Part shown: positions 1 to 10,428 of the stretch, in pieces
Layout of the letters: each line of letters opens with the position of its first letter
Numbering within the stretch: position 1 is the first letter of the stretch
Source: Bacteroidales bacterium
Lineage (GTDB): Bacteria; Bacteroidota; Bacteroidia; Bacteroidales; UBA10428
Direction: 5' to 3'
DNA: 33,262 bases
Assembly (NCBI GenBank): GCA_030626465.1
Contig: DAOUOU010000003.1
Location: 1-33,262, forward strand
Position numbers and translations under genes: made by a program
The notes under the pieces: generated by a model
The model's database searches: none
What the model saw: the letters and a program-made list of their open reading frames with translations, nothing else
What the model was told of the DNA's origin: nothing

Positions 1-561
<561 letters not shown>

Positions 562-600
562 TATAGAGAAGTTAATAATATCTGAGTCGAGGCTGTCTAA

Positions 601-691
601 GCCGCCACTTTTCAAGTGACGCAAGGGGGTAAATAAAACTACACCTGATAATCAGATTGTTAATACTTTTACTTATGTCGAGCTCACGTTA
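601..691. mobile_element. Possible insertion-sequence terminal remnant (no transposase)
   Basis: 671-691 reads TAACGTGAGCTCGACATAAGT on the minus strand, which from memory resembles IS terminal inverted repeats (AACGTGAGTTCGA-like). It is preceded by the palindrome CTGATAATCAG (645-655). Not verified by search. Confidence 0.3.
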
Positions 692-775
692 AATAGGATA
701 ATATCATATGATAGGATTGTTTCTTACCATTTAGTTAACTAATTTTAGTATATATATCTCTGAGTAAATAAATTC

Positions 776-3700
776 ATGAGAAGCAGATTATTACTACTGT
801 TTTATATACTATTTATATTTCAATCAATATGGGCTCAAAAATACCATCCTGTAGAAAGATTTACTATTAAGCAGGGTTTATCTCACAATGATATCACAAG
901 TCTTTATCTCGACAGTAAAGGTTTTCTGTGGATTGGCACCAGCGAGGGACTAAATCGTTACGATGGATATACTTTTTATAAATATTATTCTGATTTAAAG
1001 GATATTTCTTCCATACCAAATGATCATCTTTTTAAAATACAGGGCGAAGGCGATGATAATCTTTGGTGTGCATCAGCAACCGGAATTTTTAAGCTGGATT
1101 TGAAAAACAATAGTTTCACTTCATATACTAATTTTCTGGACACACTTAACTATTCTGCTTTTTCACCAGTATATGATTTTGTTATTGATACGCTAAATAA
1201 TAAAGTCTACTATGTGGGGAAACAGTTTTTTGGTAAGTTAGACATGATATCAGGATATAGCGAACGAATTCCTCTCGGGAACAATAATCCTTTCACCAGC
1301 TTTACTCACAATTATTCTATCGAATCTTTTTCTGATAGTGACAGCATAATCATTGTTGCCGGGAATGAAATTTTTAACTACAATAACAAAAATGATACGA
1401 TCTTCCCGATATTGGATACATATACTGAATTGTTTGAAAAAGATGGTGGAATCAACGGAATTAGGTCTGGTTTAAACAATGAATTATGGATTTTTTCCAA
1501 GAAGAGAATATGGCAGTACGTTAATAATCAGCAATTGATAGAGATATCTTCTCTAAAGATTGCAGGGGATCATAACATTGAGATCATAAATATTGTCCAG
1601 AAAAATGATAGCACTCTTCAGGTTTTTACTTTCAAGCGGATAATTGAATTTGATTTTCTCAACCAATCCGTAATTTCTTTTTCTATATTTGAAATACCAT
1701 CAACTTCTACCTGTGAGATTTCATCATATCTAAAGGATCGATCTGGTATTTACTGGCTGGGTAGTGATCAAGGCTTATACAAATTCAATCCCCATATAAA
1801 TGTCTTCAAGCATTATTTTATGACTGAGGCTTTTGAAAGATCTTTTTCTTCAGATATTGCATCGGCCGTTTTCGATTCGAATGGAAAGATATGGTTAGGT
1901 CTAAGCTCCGGATACTTATTAATAGTTGATCCTGAAAGGAAAGATCTCATAAATTCCATTCTCGTCAGTAAAAACCTTAACTCAAGGATCAACTCATTGA
2001 AAATAAATAATTCAGGAAAAATATTGGTATGTACCAATAGCGGCTTAAGTGAGTTTGATGTGCCATCTAATAACCTTTATACCAATAATTCCCTGAAATC
2101 AGAAATTATTCTCCTTGATAATATCGTTTATACGGCTTATACAGATGGCCCAGATACTATCTGGATATCAACCAGTAATGGTATTTACTTTCTTGATGGA
2201 AGCAATGATGCCTTACCCAAATCTATCTCATCTGAATTACTCTCATCTGAACCATACGAAAAAATCAAATCTACTTCGGAGCATATATATTTTATGCAGA
2301 CTCACCAGCTTGCTGAATTGAATCGCGCAAACAATCAAATACAACTTATCACAATAACTGATTCAATAAAAAATAATATAAGCTATCTTAATGATATTCT
2401 CCCACTGGATAACAAGCGTTTATTAATTGCAACTTCGGATGGAATGTATGTGTATGATTCTCAGGGTAAACAGATTACCTCATTTGATTTTCATACAAAG
2501 GGAATTAATAATTGCATTAATTCCCTTTTAAAAGATAGCAATGGAGATTTATGGATAGCAACAAGCAATGAGCTGATCTCCATTGAAAATAATAAAAACA
2601 GAGTCAAGCATTATACTATTCAGGATGGTCTAAATATTGGAATATTCGGCAGGAGGGTTGCATCGGTAGCTCCTGATGGCAAATTGCTCTTTGGTGGTAA
2701 GCATGGATTTGTTACTTTTTATCCCGATTCTATCATAGCGAATAAGTATATTCCAAACATTGAATTAACGCAAGCCATATTCTCCGGGAAAAATCGAAGA
2801 TTCACTAAAAATCTGGTCGGGCTTGATACACTCTTGGTTGAACCTGAGTATCGTTATTTAAGAATTGGTTTTTCAGCATTGAACTTCTGGGCTCCGGGAA
2901 AGAACCAATACAAATATTCCTTGGAGCGTTTGGAAAGACCGGAGAATTGGATCCCGCTTTATAACCAGAATTTCATTGATGTATCAGGTTTAAAAGCCGG
3001 CATTTATCGTCTTAAAATATTGGGATCAAATAGTGATGGCATCTGGAATTCTGACTCACGCGACCTCGTAATTCAAATTAATGCTCCCATATGGCAGTCA
3101 AGGGTATCCATTCTTGTTTACGGAATTATTCTAATTATTGTATTTTATATTACAATCTATTTTAGAACCAAACAACTGAGAAAACTTAACAAGGGATATC
3201 GCGAACGAGAGCATATTGGTAAAAAAATAGAATTACAAAAGGAAGAATTAGCCATAAAAAATAAAAATATTACGGATAGCATTAATTATGCAAAACGAAT
3301 TCAAATTGCTCTGATGCCATCCCAAAAACTGTTTAAGAAATTATTTTCTGATTCTTTTATTCTTCATATTCCAAAAGATATAGTAAGTGGCGATTTTTAT
3401 TGGGTCAACGAAGTTGAAGGAAGAATATACATTGCAGCTGTCGATTGCACTGGGCATGGAGTACCGGGAGCTTTTATGTCAGTCATAGGATTTGAATTAT
3501 TTCGACGCATCACTGAAACGGAAAAGAAAAAACAGCCAGCAGAAATTTTAAACAGTCTGAATAGAGGATTTGAGTCCATTTTCAGTGATGCCGATAGTGT
3601 AATACTTCGTGACGGAATGGATGTAGCCTTTTGTGCTATCGATCAGGAAATGAAGGTTCTCGAGTTTGCAGGTGCTTTTAATCCACTTTATCTTATTCGT

Positions 3701-4027
3701 GAGAACAGCATTACTGAGATTAAAGGAGATAGATTTTCTGTTGGCTTGAATGAAGAGGAGAATGAACAAAAATCATTTAATGATCATGTTATTCCTCTTT
3801 CTAGAGGCGATGTAATTTATATTTTTACTGATGGTTTTGCCGATCAATTTGGAGGTCCGGACGGGAAAAAATACAAATACAGAAGATTTCGTCACTTATT
3901 GTTAGCATTGCATCAATTACCTATGGAACGTCAGGGTGAATTTCTTAAAAGAAGTATTTTGGATTGGAAGGGATCCCTGGACCAGGTGGATGATGTTTTG
4001 GTTGTTGGTATAAGGATTGATAAATAA
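776..4027 (+). CDS. Membrane sensor: signal peptide, two-component-regulator beta-propeller, Y_Y_Y domain, TM helix and SpoIIE/PP2C-type Ser/Thr phosphatase
   Basis: Reg_prop motifs (GLSHNDITSLYLDSKGFLWIGTSEGLNRYDG); YYY region (NQYKYSLE..GIYRLKILGSNSDGIWN); TM after PIWQS; PP2C motifs VSGDFYW, AAVDCTGHGVPGA, DGMD, FTDGFADQFGG and QVDDVLV. Confidence 0.92.
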   Translation: MRSRLLLLFYILFIFQSIWAQKYHPVERFTIKQGLSHNDITSLYLDSKGFLWIGTSEGLNRYDGYTFYKYYSDLKDISSIPNDHLFKIQGEGDDNLWCASATGIFKLDLKNNSFTSYTNFLDTLNYSAFSPVYDFVIDTLNNKVYYVGKQFFGKLDMISGYSERIPLGNNNPFTSFTHNYSIESFSDSDSIIIVAGNEIFNYNNKNDTIFPILDTYTELFEKDGGINGIRSGLNNELWIFSKKRIWQYVNNQQLIEISSLKIAGDHNIEIINIVQKNDSTLQVFTFKRIIEFDFLNQSVISFSIFEIPSTSTCEISSYLKDRSGIYWLGSDQGLYKFNPHINVFKHYFMTEAFERSFSSDIASAVFDSNGKIWLGLSSGYLLIVDPERKDLINSILVSKNLNSRINSLKINNSGKILVCTNSGLSEFDVPSNNLYTNNSLKSEIILLDNIVYTAYTDGPDTIWISTSNGIYFLDGSNDALPKSISSELLSSEPYEKIKSTSEHIYFMQTHQLAELNRANNQIQLITITDSIKNNISYLNDILPLDNKRLLIATSDGMYVYDSQGKQITSFDFHTKGINNCINSLLKDSNGDLWIATSNELISIENNKNRVKHYTIQDGLNIGIFGRRVASVAPDGKLLFGGKHGFVTFYPDSIIANKYIPNIELTQAIFSGKNRRFTKNLVGLDTLLVEPEYRYLRIGFSALNFWAPGKNQYKYSLERLERPENWIPLYNQNFIDVSGLKAGIYRLKILGSNSDGIWNSDSRDLVIQINAPIWQSRVSILVYGIILIIVFYITIYFRTKQLRKLNKGYREREHIGKKIELQKEELAIKNKNITDSINYAKRIQIALMPSQKLFKKLFSDSFILHIPKDIVSGDFYWVNEVEGRIYIAAVDCTGHGVPGAFMSVIGFELFRRITETEKKKQPAEILNSLNRGFESIFSDADSVILRDGMDVAFCAIDQEMKVLEFAGAFNPLYLIRENSITEIKGDRFSVGLNEEENEQKSFNDHVIPLSRGDVIYIFTDGFADQFGGPDGKKYKYRRFRHLLLALHQLPMERQGEFLKRSILDWKGSLDQVDDVLVVGIRIDK

Positions 4028-4028
4028 G

Positions 4029-5771
4029 TTAAGACTCAGGATTTTGCAGAGATAGAAGGTTACGCATTTTTTGTAGCAAAATCTCTACCTGAAATGGTTT
4101 GGAAATGTACTCGTTCATTCCGGCTGCCAGACAAGACTCTTTATCGCCAGATAAGGCGTTTGCAGTAATAGCAATAATAGGCGTTTGTGTATTCGTACTT
4201 GATTCAAGCTCCCTTATTTTCTTTGTTGCAAGAATACCATTCATAACAGGCATCTGAATATCCATCAGTATAAGATCATATTTGGTAGTGCCAAATTTAT
4301 CCAGTGCTTCCTTGCCATTACTGGCAACCTCAATATTCTTAACCTTATTCTTCAGACTCAGTATAACTATTTTCTGATTTATAGAATTATCTTCAACAAG
4401 CAACACATTTGCATCTTCAAGTTTTTGGCTAATGTAAGGTTGAATAATTTGCTTTGATTGTACATCAGGTGTGACTCTTTGTGTCTTATCGTTATTCAAT
4501 AAAAAGGCAAGACCAATATAAGTACGATTATTCTTTGTACTAACCTCAAAGCTTCCGTGATAATGATGAACTATTTTTCGAGCGATGCTAAAATCAAGAT
4601 AATTCTTTTGCAATTCATTTTTTGTTTGAATCGGATTATCCGGAGAAACAAAATAATTATCCTTATCATCTTTTTTCAGTTTTAGCAGAGGACAGGCAAT
4701 TTGAAATTCCAGTTTACTAAATTCATCATTTTCAGCTGAGATAGTCACATCGATTGAGATTTTTGGTTTCCCGTTAAAGCTAATTTTAATAAGGTTTTCT
4801 ATCAGGTTAAGTATTAATTGTTTAATTCTTACCGGATTGCCAATATAATGAGTTTCAGGAGCATTTATTGTTGATTCTATCTCAAGCTTATCCTTATGTT
4901 GATTTCTGAAAAGCATAAGCGTATTATCGATAGTAGATTGAATGTTAAAACTTACCTGACTCTTTTCATCATCATCTATATCAATGGTTGATATCTGAAC
5001 AATATTGTCTACAACATTTACAAGATTATTAGTAGAAGCAATTATGGTCTCAAACAAATCTAGTTGATCCGGAGGCAATTTACTTCTGTCGACGAGATTT
5101 GATATCAGCGTAATATTATTTAATGGTGTTCTGATCTGGTGTGAAAGTTTAGATAGAAAATCATCCTTTCTCTTACTTTCATTTCGACTATCAGCAATCC
5201 ATTCCTGCATAGTTTTCAGATTACGCACACGCAAAAATTCATAGGTATAAATTATTGCATGGATTGAGAGATATGCACCAATTATTCTCAAGCTAAAGCT
5301 TAACTCATAATCGGGAAGCACAGTAATATAAAGATTTAGATAACAAATTAGTGTAATGAAAATCAAGAAAACAAGAGATCCTCTTGTCCCATTATCGAGT
5401 CCTTTTAAGGCAATAGCAAGAATAGGGAAAGGAAAAACCCACAGGAAGCCAGTTCCAAACGCACCTCCGGTTGCAAGACAATACAATAAAACACAGGCGG
5501 TAATGACCAGAATGATGTTAGAGGATAATTCAATTTTTAACGATCTATAGAGAAAATAATATGTTAAGTATACCAATGCAGAAGCAATACCCAATACAAG
5601 TGCAAGCAGGTAATTCTCATTGATGATTGCAATAACACCAAAAGTGAGGTAGAAAAATAGTGAGATAATACCTGCATAGCTGATTGTAATAACCTTATCA
5701 GTATCTTGCAGATCAAGGTTTTTGTCAACTTTCTGCGAGAAATAGTTTGTTAACTGCTGAAGTAATCCCAT
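4029..5771 (-). CDS. Multi-TM hybrid histidine-kinase-like / receiver protein with a degenerate HATPase (probable pseudokinase)
   Basis: About 5-6 N-terminal TM segments; H-box LSHQIRTPLN; N-box remnant RIKQLILNLIEN; no G1/G2 boxes; intact REC domain (VLLVEDN, LILMDIQMP, AITANA, SKPF). Confidence 0.88.
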   Translation of the reverse strand: MGLLQQLTNYFSQKVDKNLDLQDTDKVITISYAGIISLFFYLTFGVIAIINENYLLALVLGIASALVYLTYYFLYRSLKIELSSNIILVITACVLLYCLATGGAFGTGFLWVFPFPILAIALKGLDNGTRGSLVFLIFITLICYLNLYITVLPDYELSFSLRIIGAYLSIHAIIYTYEFLRVRNLKTMQEWIADSRNESKRKDDFLSKLSHQIRTPLNNITLISNLVDRSKLPPDQLDLFETIIASTNNLVNVVDNIVQISTIDIDDDEKSQVSFNIQSTIDNTLMLFRNQHKDKLEIESTINAPETHYIGNPVRIKQLILNLIENLIKISFNGKPKISIDVTISAENDEFSKLEFQIACPLLKLKKDDKDNYFVSPDNPIQTKNELQKNYLDFSIARKIVHHYHGSFEVSTKNNRTYIGLAFLLNNDKTQRVTPDVQSKQIIQPYISQKLEDANVLLVEDNSINQKIVILSLKNKVKNIEVASNGKEALDKFGTTKYDLILMDIQMPVMNGILATKKIRELESSTNTQTPIIAITANALSGDKESCLAAGMNEYISKPFQVEILLQKMRNLLSLQNPES

Positions 5772-5924
5772 AATGGGGAATGGTTTAATACTTATTAAAT
5801 TTAATTAAAATTAGCATAAATAGTAATTTTCTTCGTTATTAAAATTACAAGCCCTTAAGTTATTTTCAACTTTAAATCATTTACAAAAGCTGAATTTTTA
5901 TTTCTGACTTTGCTACAGAAAAGG

Positions 5925-5932
5925 TAAATTTG
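5925..5932 (+). promoter_or_regulatory. Putative Bacteroidota sigma-A -7 element
   Basis: TAAATTTG matches TAnnTTTG, just upstream of the ATG at 5956. Confidence 0.4.
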
Positions 5933-5955
5933 TTTTGACAGGAACTATTTTTATT

Positions 5956-6630
5956 ATGAGATTATTGGCCGGATTGATTTTTCTTGTACTTGTTAACCAC
6001 TGCGTTTCTTCACAGGTTGATTCCACTGAACTAGTTGAATATACAACTGATTTTCAGTTCAAAGAGGGACTATATCTTAATTTTAATCAGATAAAAACCA
6101 ATTCTCCTCTTCCAAAATCCAGAATAATCTCAACATATGATTACAATGATCCCGAATTTTTTGATAAAGTATTGTCCAAGTTGAAAGTCTTTTATTACGA
6201 TAACATTGGTAACAGGAATGAATTAAAATCTGATAATATTTGGGGATATTCCAGAAATGGATTCCTGTATATAAATATAGATGATGATTTTTTTAGAATT
6301 ACATTAATAGGAGCCATTTGTCACTTTATTGCAAGTCATACAACATACACCAATTATTATAATTCGCCCTATTACTACAATTCATATTATGATCCATATC
6401 GTATGCATCCTTCCTCATACCCAACTACAGAGATGAGACAATATTTACTGGATTTTACAACAGGAAGGGTATTGGATTATAACTTTGAATCGCTTGAAGC
6501 AATATTAATGCAGGATCCGGAATTACATGACGAATTCGTTGCTCTGAGTAAGAAAAAAAAGAAACAACTTAAATTTATTTATATACGTAAGTTCAACTCA
6601 AGAAATCCTTTATATTTTCCAAAAAATTAA
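5956..6630 (+). CDS. Secreted hypothetical protein with a Tyr-rich segment
   Basis: ATG 5956 (the ORF track starts at TTG 5935) gives signal peptide MRLLAGLIFLVLVNHCVSS-Q; contains YTNYYNSPYYYNSYYDPY. Confidence 0.8.
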   Translation: MRLLAGLIFLVLVNHCVSSQVDSTELVEYTTDFQFKEGLYLNFNQIKTNSPLPKSRIISTYDYNDPEFFDKVLSKLKVFYYDNIGNRNELKSDNIWGYSRNGFLYINIDDDFFRITLIGAICHFIASHTTYTNYYNSPYYYNSYYDPYRMHPSSYPTTEMRQYLLDFTTGRVLDYNFESLEAILMQDPELHDEFVALSKKKKKQLKFIYIRKFNSRNPLYFPKN

Positions 6631-6642
6631 AAATGTTTAATC

Positions 6643-7491
6643 ATGAGAAAAACGATAATTGCTCTGATCTATAGTGCCTTGTCAACTATAATTATTGCGC
6701 AAAGTTACATCCCAAGCAGAGACGATATCAATGCCTTTTTTAACACTAAAACCATGGTAGTGTTGCTGGATAATCCCTTATTGGAATATAATATTGTAAT
6801 CAAGGAGGTAATGGAACAGGAATGGACCATCACAGAATTCGAATACATCACCTTCAAAGAATTTGAGGAGCTGAGATTTGATCCACAGTATTCTTTTCTT
6901 TATATGTCGCAGGTTACATTTGAAAATGACAAAACAGACGCGAGATACAGATTCCTTCACCTATCACTTGGCGGAGATTATTTCAGAAAGAACCAGATGC
7001 CAGATATTGCTTCTATTCCTCTATCCTACTATAATGTTGAGGAAGACAACTACATATATAAACTGGCAATTCTGGTGAGATTCATCCAGAAACATGCTTT
7101 GCTGATTAAAGATCATCCTGAGATAGTTTCAGCAAATGTTCTTCAACATTACAATAATAATATCAAGGACATAAAGGGCAAGAACCTGTATTTGCTTGAA
7201 GAAGAATTATCAGATGAAGTGAATTCCACAGCCAGGATAAAGAAAATATATTCCTACGATTTCAGGATTGTAACAAAGGAAAATATCACTGAGGCTATTG
7301 CTAACAGGGATAAGGATATTGTATTTCTCCATAAAGTTGGACCTGAAGGTACGAAAATTAATGCAAGGTGTTATAAAATTATTATTGGAGCTGCAGATGC
7401 CAATTTTTACTATTTCGATTATCATAAAATCTCAAATAAAAAACCTGATGGATTTTTAAGTCAGGATTTTAAAAAACTTGAAAGGAAATAA
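6643..7491 (+). CDS. Secreted hypothetical protein
   Basis: 282-aa ORF 12 bp after the previous gene; signal peptide ending IIA-Q; no recognised domain. Confidence 0.82.
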   Translation: MRKTIIALIYSALSTIIIAQSYIPSRDDINAFFNTKTMVVLLDNPLLEYNIVIKEVMEQEWTITEFEYITFKEFEELRFDPQYSFLYMSQVTFENDKTDARYRFLHLSLGGDYFRKNQMPDIASIPLSYYNVEEDNYIYKLAILVRFIQKHALLIKDHPEIVSANVLQHYNNNIKDIKGKNLYLLEEELSDEVNSTARIKKIYSYDFRIVTKENITEAIANRDKDIVFLHKVGPEGTKINARCYKIIIGAADANFYYFDYHKISNKKPDGFLSQDFKKLERK

Positions 7492-7650
7492 TCTGTGGCT
7501 GATTGAAATAGCTTCGACAGGTATTTTCACAGATATTATTTTACCTAAAAAATCGAGGATACCCAGCCATATACTGTTTATATGTTCTTAATACGCGAGG
7601 TAAAACTCAAATTTCTTTTTACTATCTTACATGCCAAATAGGATAGAACC

Positions 7651-8406
7651 ATGACCTGCAGATTATATTTTTCTATTCTTATTCTTCTTTTATTATCATT
7701 TAATGCCCAATTATTATCGCAACAAGAAGATTTAGAAGCAAGTTTATTATTGGTAGACAGATATATAGCATCTGGAGAAATTACTAAGGCTCTGACTACA
7801 ATAGAGAATATTCTGGTAAAACAACCAAATAATGTTGATGGACAAGAAAAGAAGATCAGCATACTTACGGAACAGGATAGAAGTAAAGACGCTTATAATG
7901 ATGTAGAGGACTATATGAGGATGTATCCTGACCAGCCGGAATATTTTTATTTTAGAGCTCTACTGCATCTTCAAAAAGGAAAATACTCAAAAGCAATTGA
8001 TGATTTTAACCGGGCTATTCAACTGGACATGCCAGATAATACTGTTTACAAGGTATACCTGAACAGGGGAATGGCTCACTTTTATCTGCAGGATTTTGAT
8101 TTAGCTGAAGATGATTTTAATGAAGTATTATCATTACATTCTAAATCTGCAGCAGCATGTCATGGTAAGGGTATGATTAAATATGAACTGCGTGAATACG
8201 AGGAAGCTGTAATACAGTTTCAGAAAGCATTAAAGCTTGAAGATGAAAACCCTATCACTCATTTTAACATGGCTATGACTTATTTCAGACTGGAAGAGAT
8301 AGATAATGCATGCTATCATTTTAATAAATCATGTTCTCTTGGACATAGAAATGCGTGCAGACTACTTATGATGGAATGTTCCCAGGAAATAAAAATTTCT
8401 AAATGA
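7651..8406 (+). CDS. Tetratricopeptide repeat protein, secreted
   Basis: Signal peptide and several TPRs (YFYFRALLHLQKGKYSKAIDDFNRAIQL, VYLNRGMAHFYLQDFDLAEDDF, HFNMAMTYFRL); Cys-rich C-terminal cap. Confidence 0.9.
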   Translation: MTCRLYFSILILLLLSFNAQLLSQQEDLEASLLLVDRYIASGEITKALTTIENILVKQPNNVDGQEKKISILTEQDRSKDAYNDVEDYMRMYPDQPEYFYFRALLHLQKGKYSKAIDDFNRAIQLDMPDNTVYKVYLNRGMAHFYLQDFDLAEDDFNEVLSLHSKSAAACHGKGMIKYELREYEEAVIQFQKALKLEDENPITHFNMAMTYFRLEEIDNACYHFNKSCSLGHRNACRLLMMECSQEIKISK

Positions 8407-8438
8407 GGGTCTTACTACACCCCTAAATATTTATATTG

Positions 8439-8446
8439 TATATTTG
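8439..8446 (+). promoter_or_regulatory. Putative Bacteroidota -7 promoter element for the GT2-E2 operon
   Basis: TATATTTG, 17 nt before ATG 8464. Confidence 0.5.
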
Positions 8447-8463
8447 TCCTCTTTTCGCAACCG

Positions 8464-10422
8464 ATGGATCTTTCGGTAATAATAGTAAATTATAACGTCA
8501 AGTATTTCCTTGAACAGTGCCTTCATTCGGTTTTCAAATCATTAGAAGGCATGAGTGGTGAGGTTATTGTGGCAGACAATAACTCGGTTGACGGATCGTG
8601 TCAGATGGTGAAAGAAAAATTCGAGGATGTTATTCTTTTTCAAAACAACAGAAACCTGGGCTTCTCCAAGGCAAACAATCAGGGTATTAAAATTTCCAAA
8701 GGGAAGTATGTTTTATTACTTAATCCGGATACTATTGTACAGGAAGATACTTTTTCAAAATGTTTTTCCTTTATGGAAAAGCATTCAGATGCAGGAAGTC
8801 TGGGTGTAAAAATGATTGATGGCAAAGGTAATTTTTTGCCTGAATCGAAAAGATCCCTGCCAACTCCACTTGTATCTTTTTTTAAAATTTTTGGATTATC
8901 TGCTCTTTTACCTAAATCAAAATTATTCGGAAGATATCATTTAGGTTATCTGAATAATAATGATATAAATAAAGTTGAAATATTATCGGGCGCATTTATG
9001 TTTATTAGAAAGTCTGTTCTTGACCAAACAGGGTTTCTTGATGAGACATTCTTTATGTATGGAGAAGACATCGATCTTTCCTACAGAATCATTCTTGCAG
9101 GGTATGACAACTATTATTATCCCGAAACAACTATCATTCATTATAAGGGAGAGAGTACAAAAAAGGGCAGTATCAATTATGTAATGATGTTTTACAGAGC
9201 CATGATAATATTTGCAAGGAAACACTTTTCGGTAAAAAATGCACGCTTGTTTAGTTTTCTGATCAATTCGGCAATTTATTTACGTGCTTCAGCCTCAATC
9301 ATCAGAAGATTCTTTCTTTCCATTATTATTCCCTTAAGTGATGCTTTGTTAGTATTTGTCGGATTCTATTTTCTGGAACCGTTCTGGGAGAAATTCAAGT
9401 TTGGCAAGGAGAATTATTATCCTAATGAATACCTGATGTATGTAGTTCCTTCTTATATTATAATATGGTTTTTCTTTTTATACATTTCTGGTGCTTATGA
9501 AAAACGCACCAGATCTATTGACCTGATAAAGGGTATTTCACTTGGTACAATGGTGTTACTCCTTATCTATGCTTTACTTCCCGAGAGTTTGAGATATTCA
9601 AGGGCACTTATTCTTCTTGGAACTCTTTGGGCAACATTCTCCATATTTTTCACCAGAATCACTATTGGTACTATCCTGAATAATGTAAAACTATCCTTTA
9701 GAAAACAGAAAAGAAGAATTGTTATAGCAGGGTCACCCAGAGAAAGTAACAGGGTTCTTTCAATTATGAAACAGGTAAATATTGATCCCTCTTTTATTGG
9801 ATTAGTGGGATGGAAAGATGAAGATAAAGTTGAAAGCTACATGGGAAATCTTTCGCAACTTAATGATATCATAAAAATAAACCGAATTGATGAGATAGTT
9901 TTCTGTGCCAAGGATATCCCTTCACAGAAGATAATTCAGACCATGTTAAGTGTTTCCGAAACATCAGTTGATTTTAAAATAGCTCCCCCTGAAAGCCTGT
10001 CAATAATTGGAAGCAGTTCAATAAATTCGGCAGGTGAGTTGTACGTTGTTCATTTCAATTCACTTAGTCAAAATCTGGCCAGAAGAAAAAAGAGAATATT
10101 TGATTTAATTGCAGCATTGGCCCTTTTGCTGACAATTCCCATATCTGTTCTTTTTATCAAAAAACCTTTAGGATTTATACGGAATATTGTTCTTGTGATC
10201 ATAGGTGTCAGAACATGGGTCGGATTTTATTATATCCATTCAAGTGAGTTGAGTTTGCTTCCTCGTATTAGTCCGGGAATTCTTACTCCTATAACAGCAT
10301 CCAGGAATAAGGCAATTAATACTGAAACTATTAAGCGGATGAACTTGTTGTATGCAAAAGATTATAAAATGATAACCGATTTATCTATCATATTACGTGA
10401 CTTTAATTATTTGGGCAGATAA
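8464..10422 (+). CDS. Family 2 glycosyltransferase fused to a WcaJ/WbaP-like membrane region, Rossmann-like domain and degenerate sugar-transferase domain
   Basis: GT2 motifs SVIIVNYN, ADNNSVDGS, NLGFSKANN, LLNPD and FFMYGEDIDLS; then TM helices, IVIAGS/IDEIVF and a KKRIFDL...YAKDY..TDLSII tail. Confidence 0.9.
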   Translation: MDLSVIIVNYNVKYFLEQCLHSVFKSLEGMSGEVIVADNNSVDGSCQMVKEKFEDVILFQNNRNLGFSKANNQGIKISKGKYVLLLNPDTIVQEDTFSKCFSFMEKHSDAGSLGVKMIDGKGNFLPESKRSLPTPLVSFFKIFGLSALLPKSKLFGRYHLGYLNNNDINKVEILSGAFMFIRKSVLDQTGFLDETFFMYGEDIDLSYRIILAGYDNYYYPETTIIHYKGESTKKGSINYVMMFYRAMIIFARKHFSVKNARLFSFLINSAIYLRASASIIRRFFLSIIIPLSDALLVFVGFYFLEPFWEKFKFGKENYYPNEYLMYVVPSYIIIWFFFLYISGAYEKRTRSIDLIKGISLGTMVLLLIYALLPESLRYSRALILLGTLWATFSIFFTRITIGTILNNVKLSFRKQKRRIVIAGSPRESNRVLSIMKQVNIDPSFIGLVGWKDEDKVESYMGNLSQLNDIIKINRIDEIVFCAKDIPSQKIIQTMLSVSETSVDFKIAPPESLSIIGSSSINSAGELYVVHFNSLSQNLARRKKRIFDLIAALALLLTIPISVLFIKKPLGFIRNIVLVIIGVRTWVGFYYIHSSELSLLPRISPGILTPITASRNKAINTETIKRMNLLYAKDYKMITDLSIILRDFNYLGR

Positions 10423-10428
10423 TTCATT

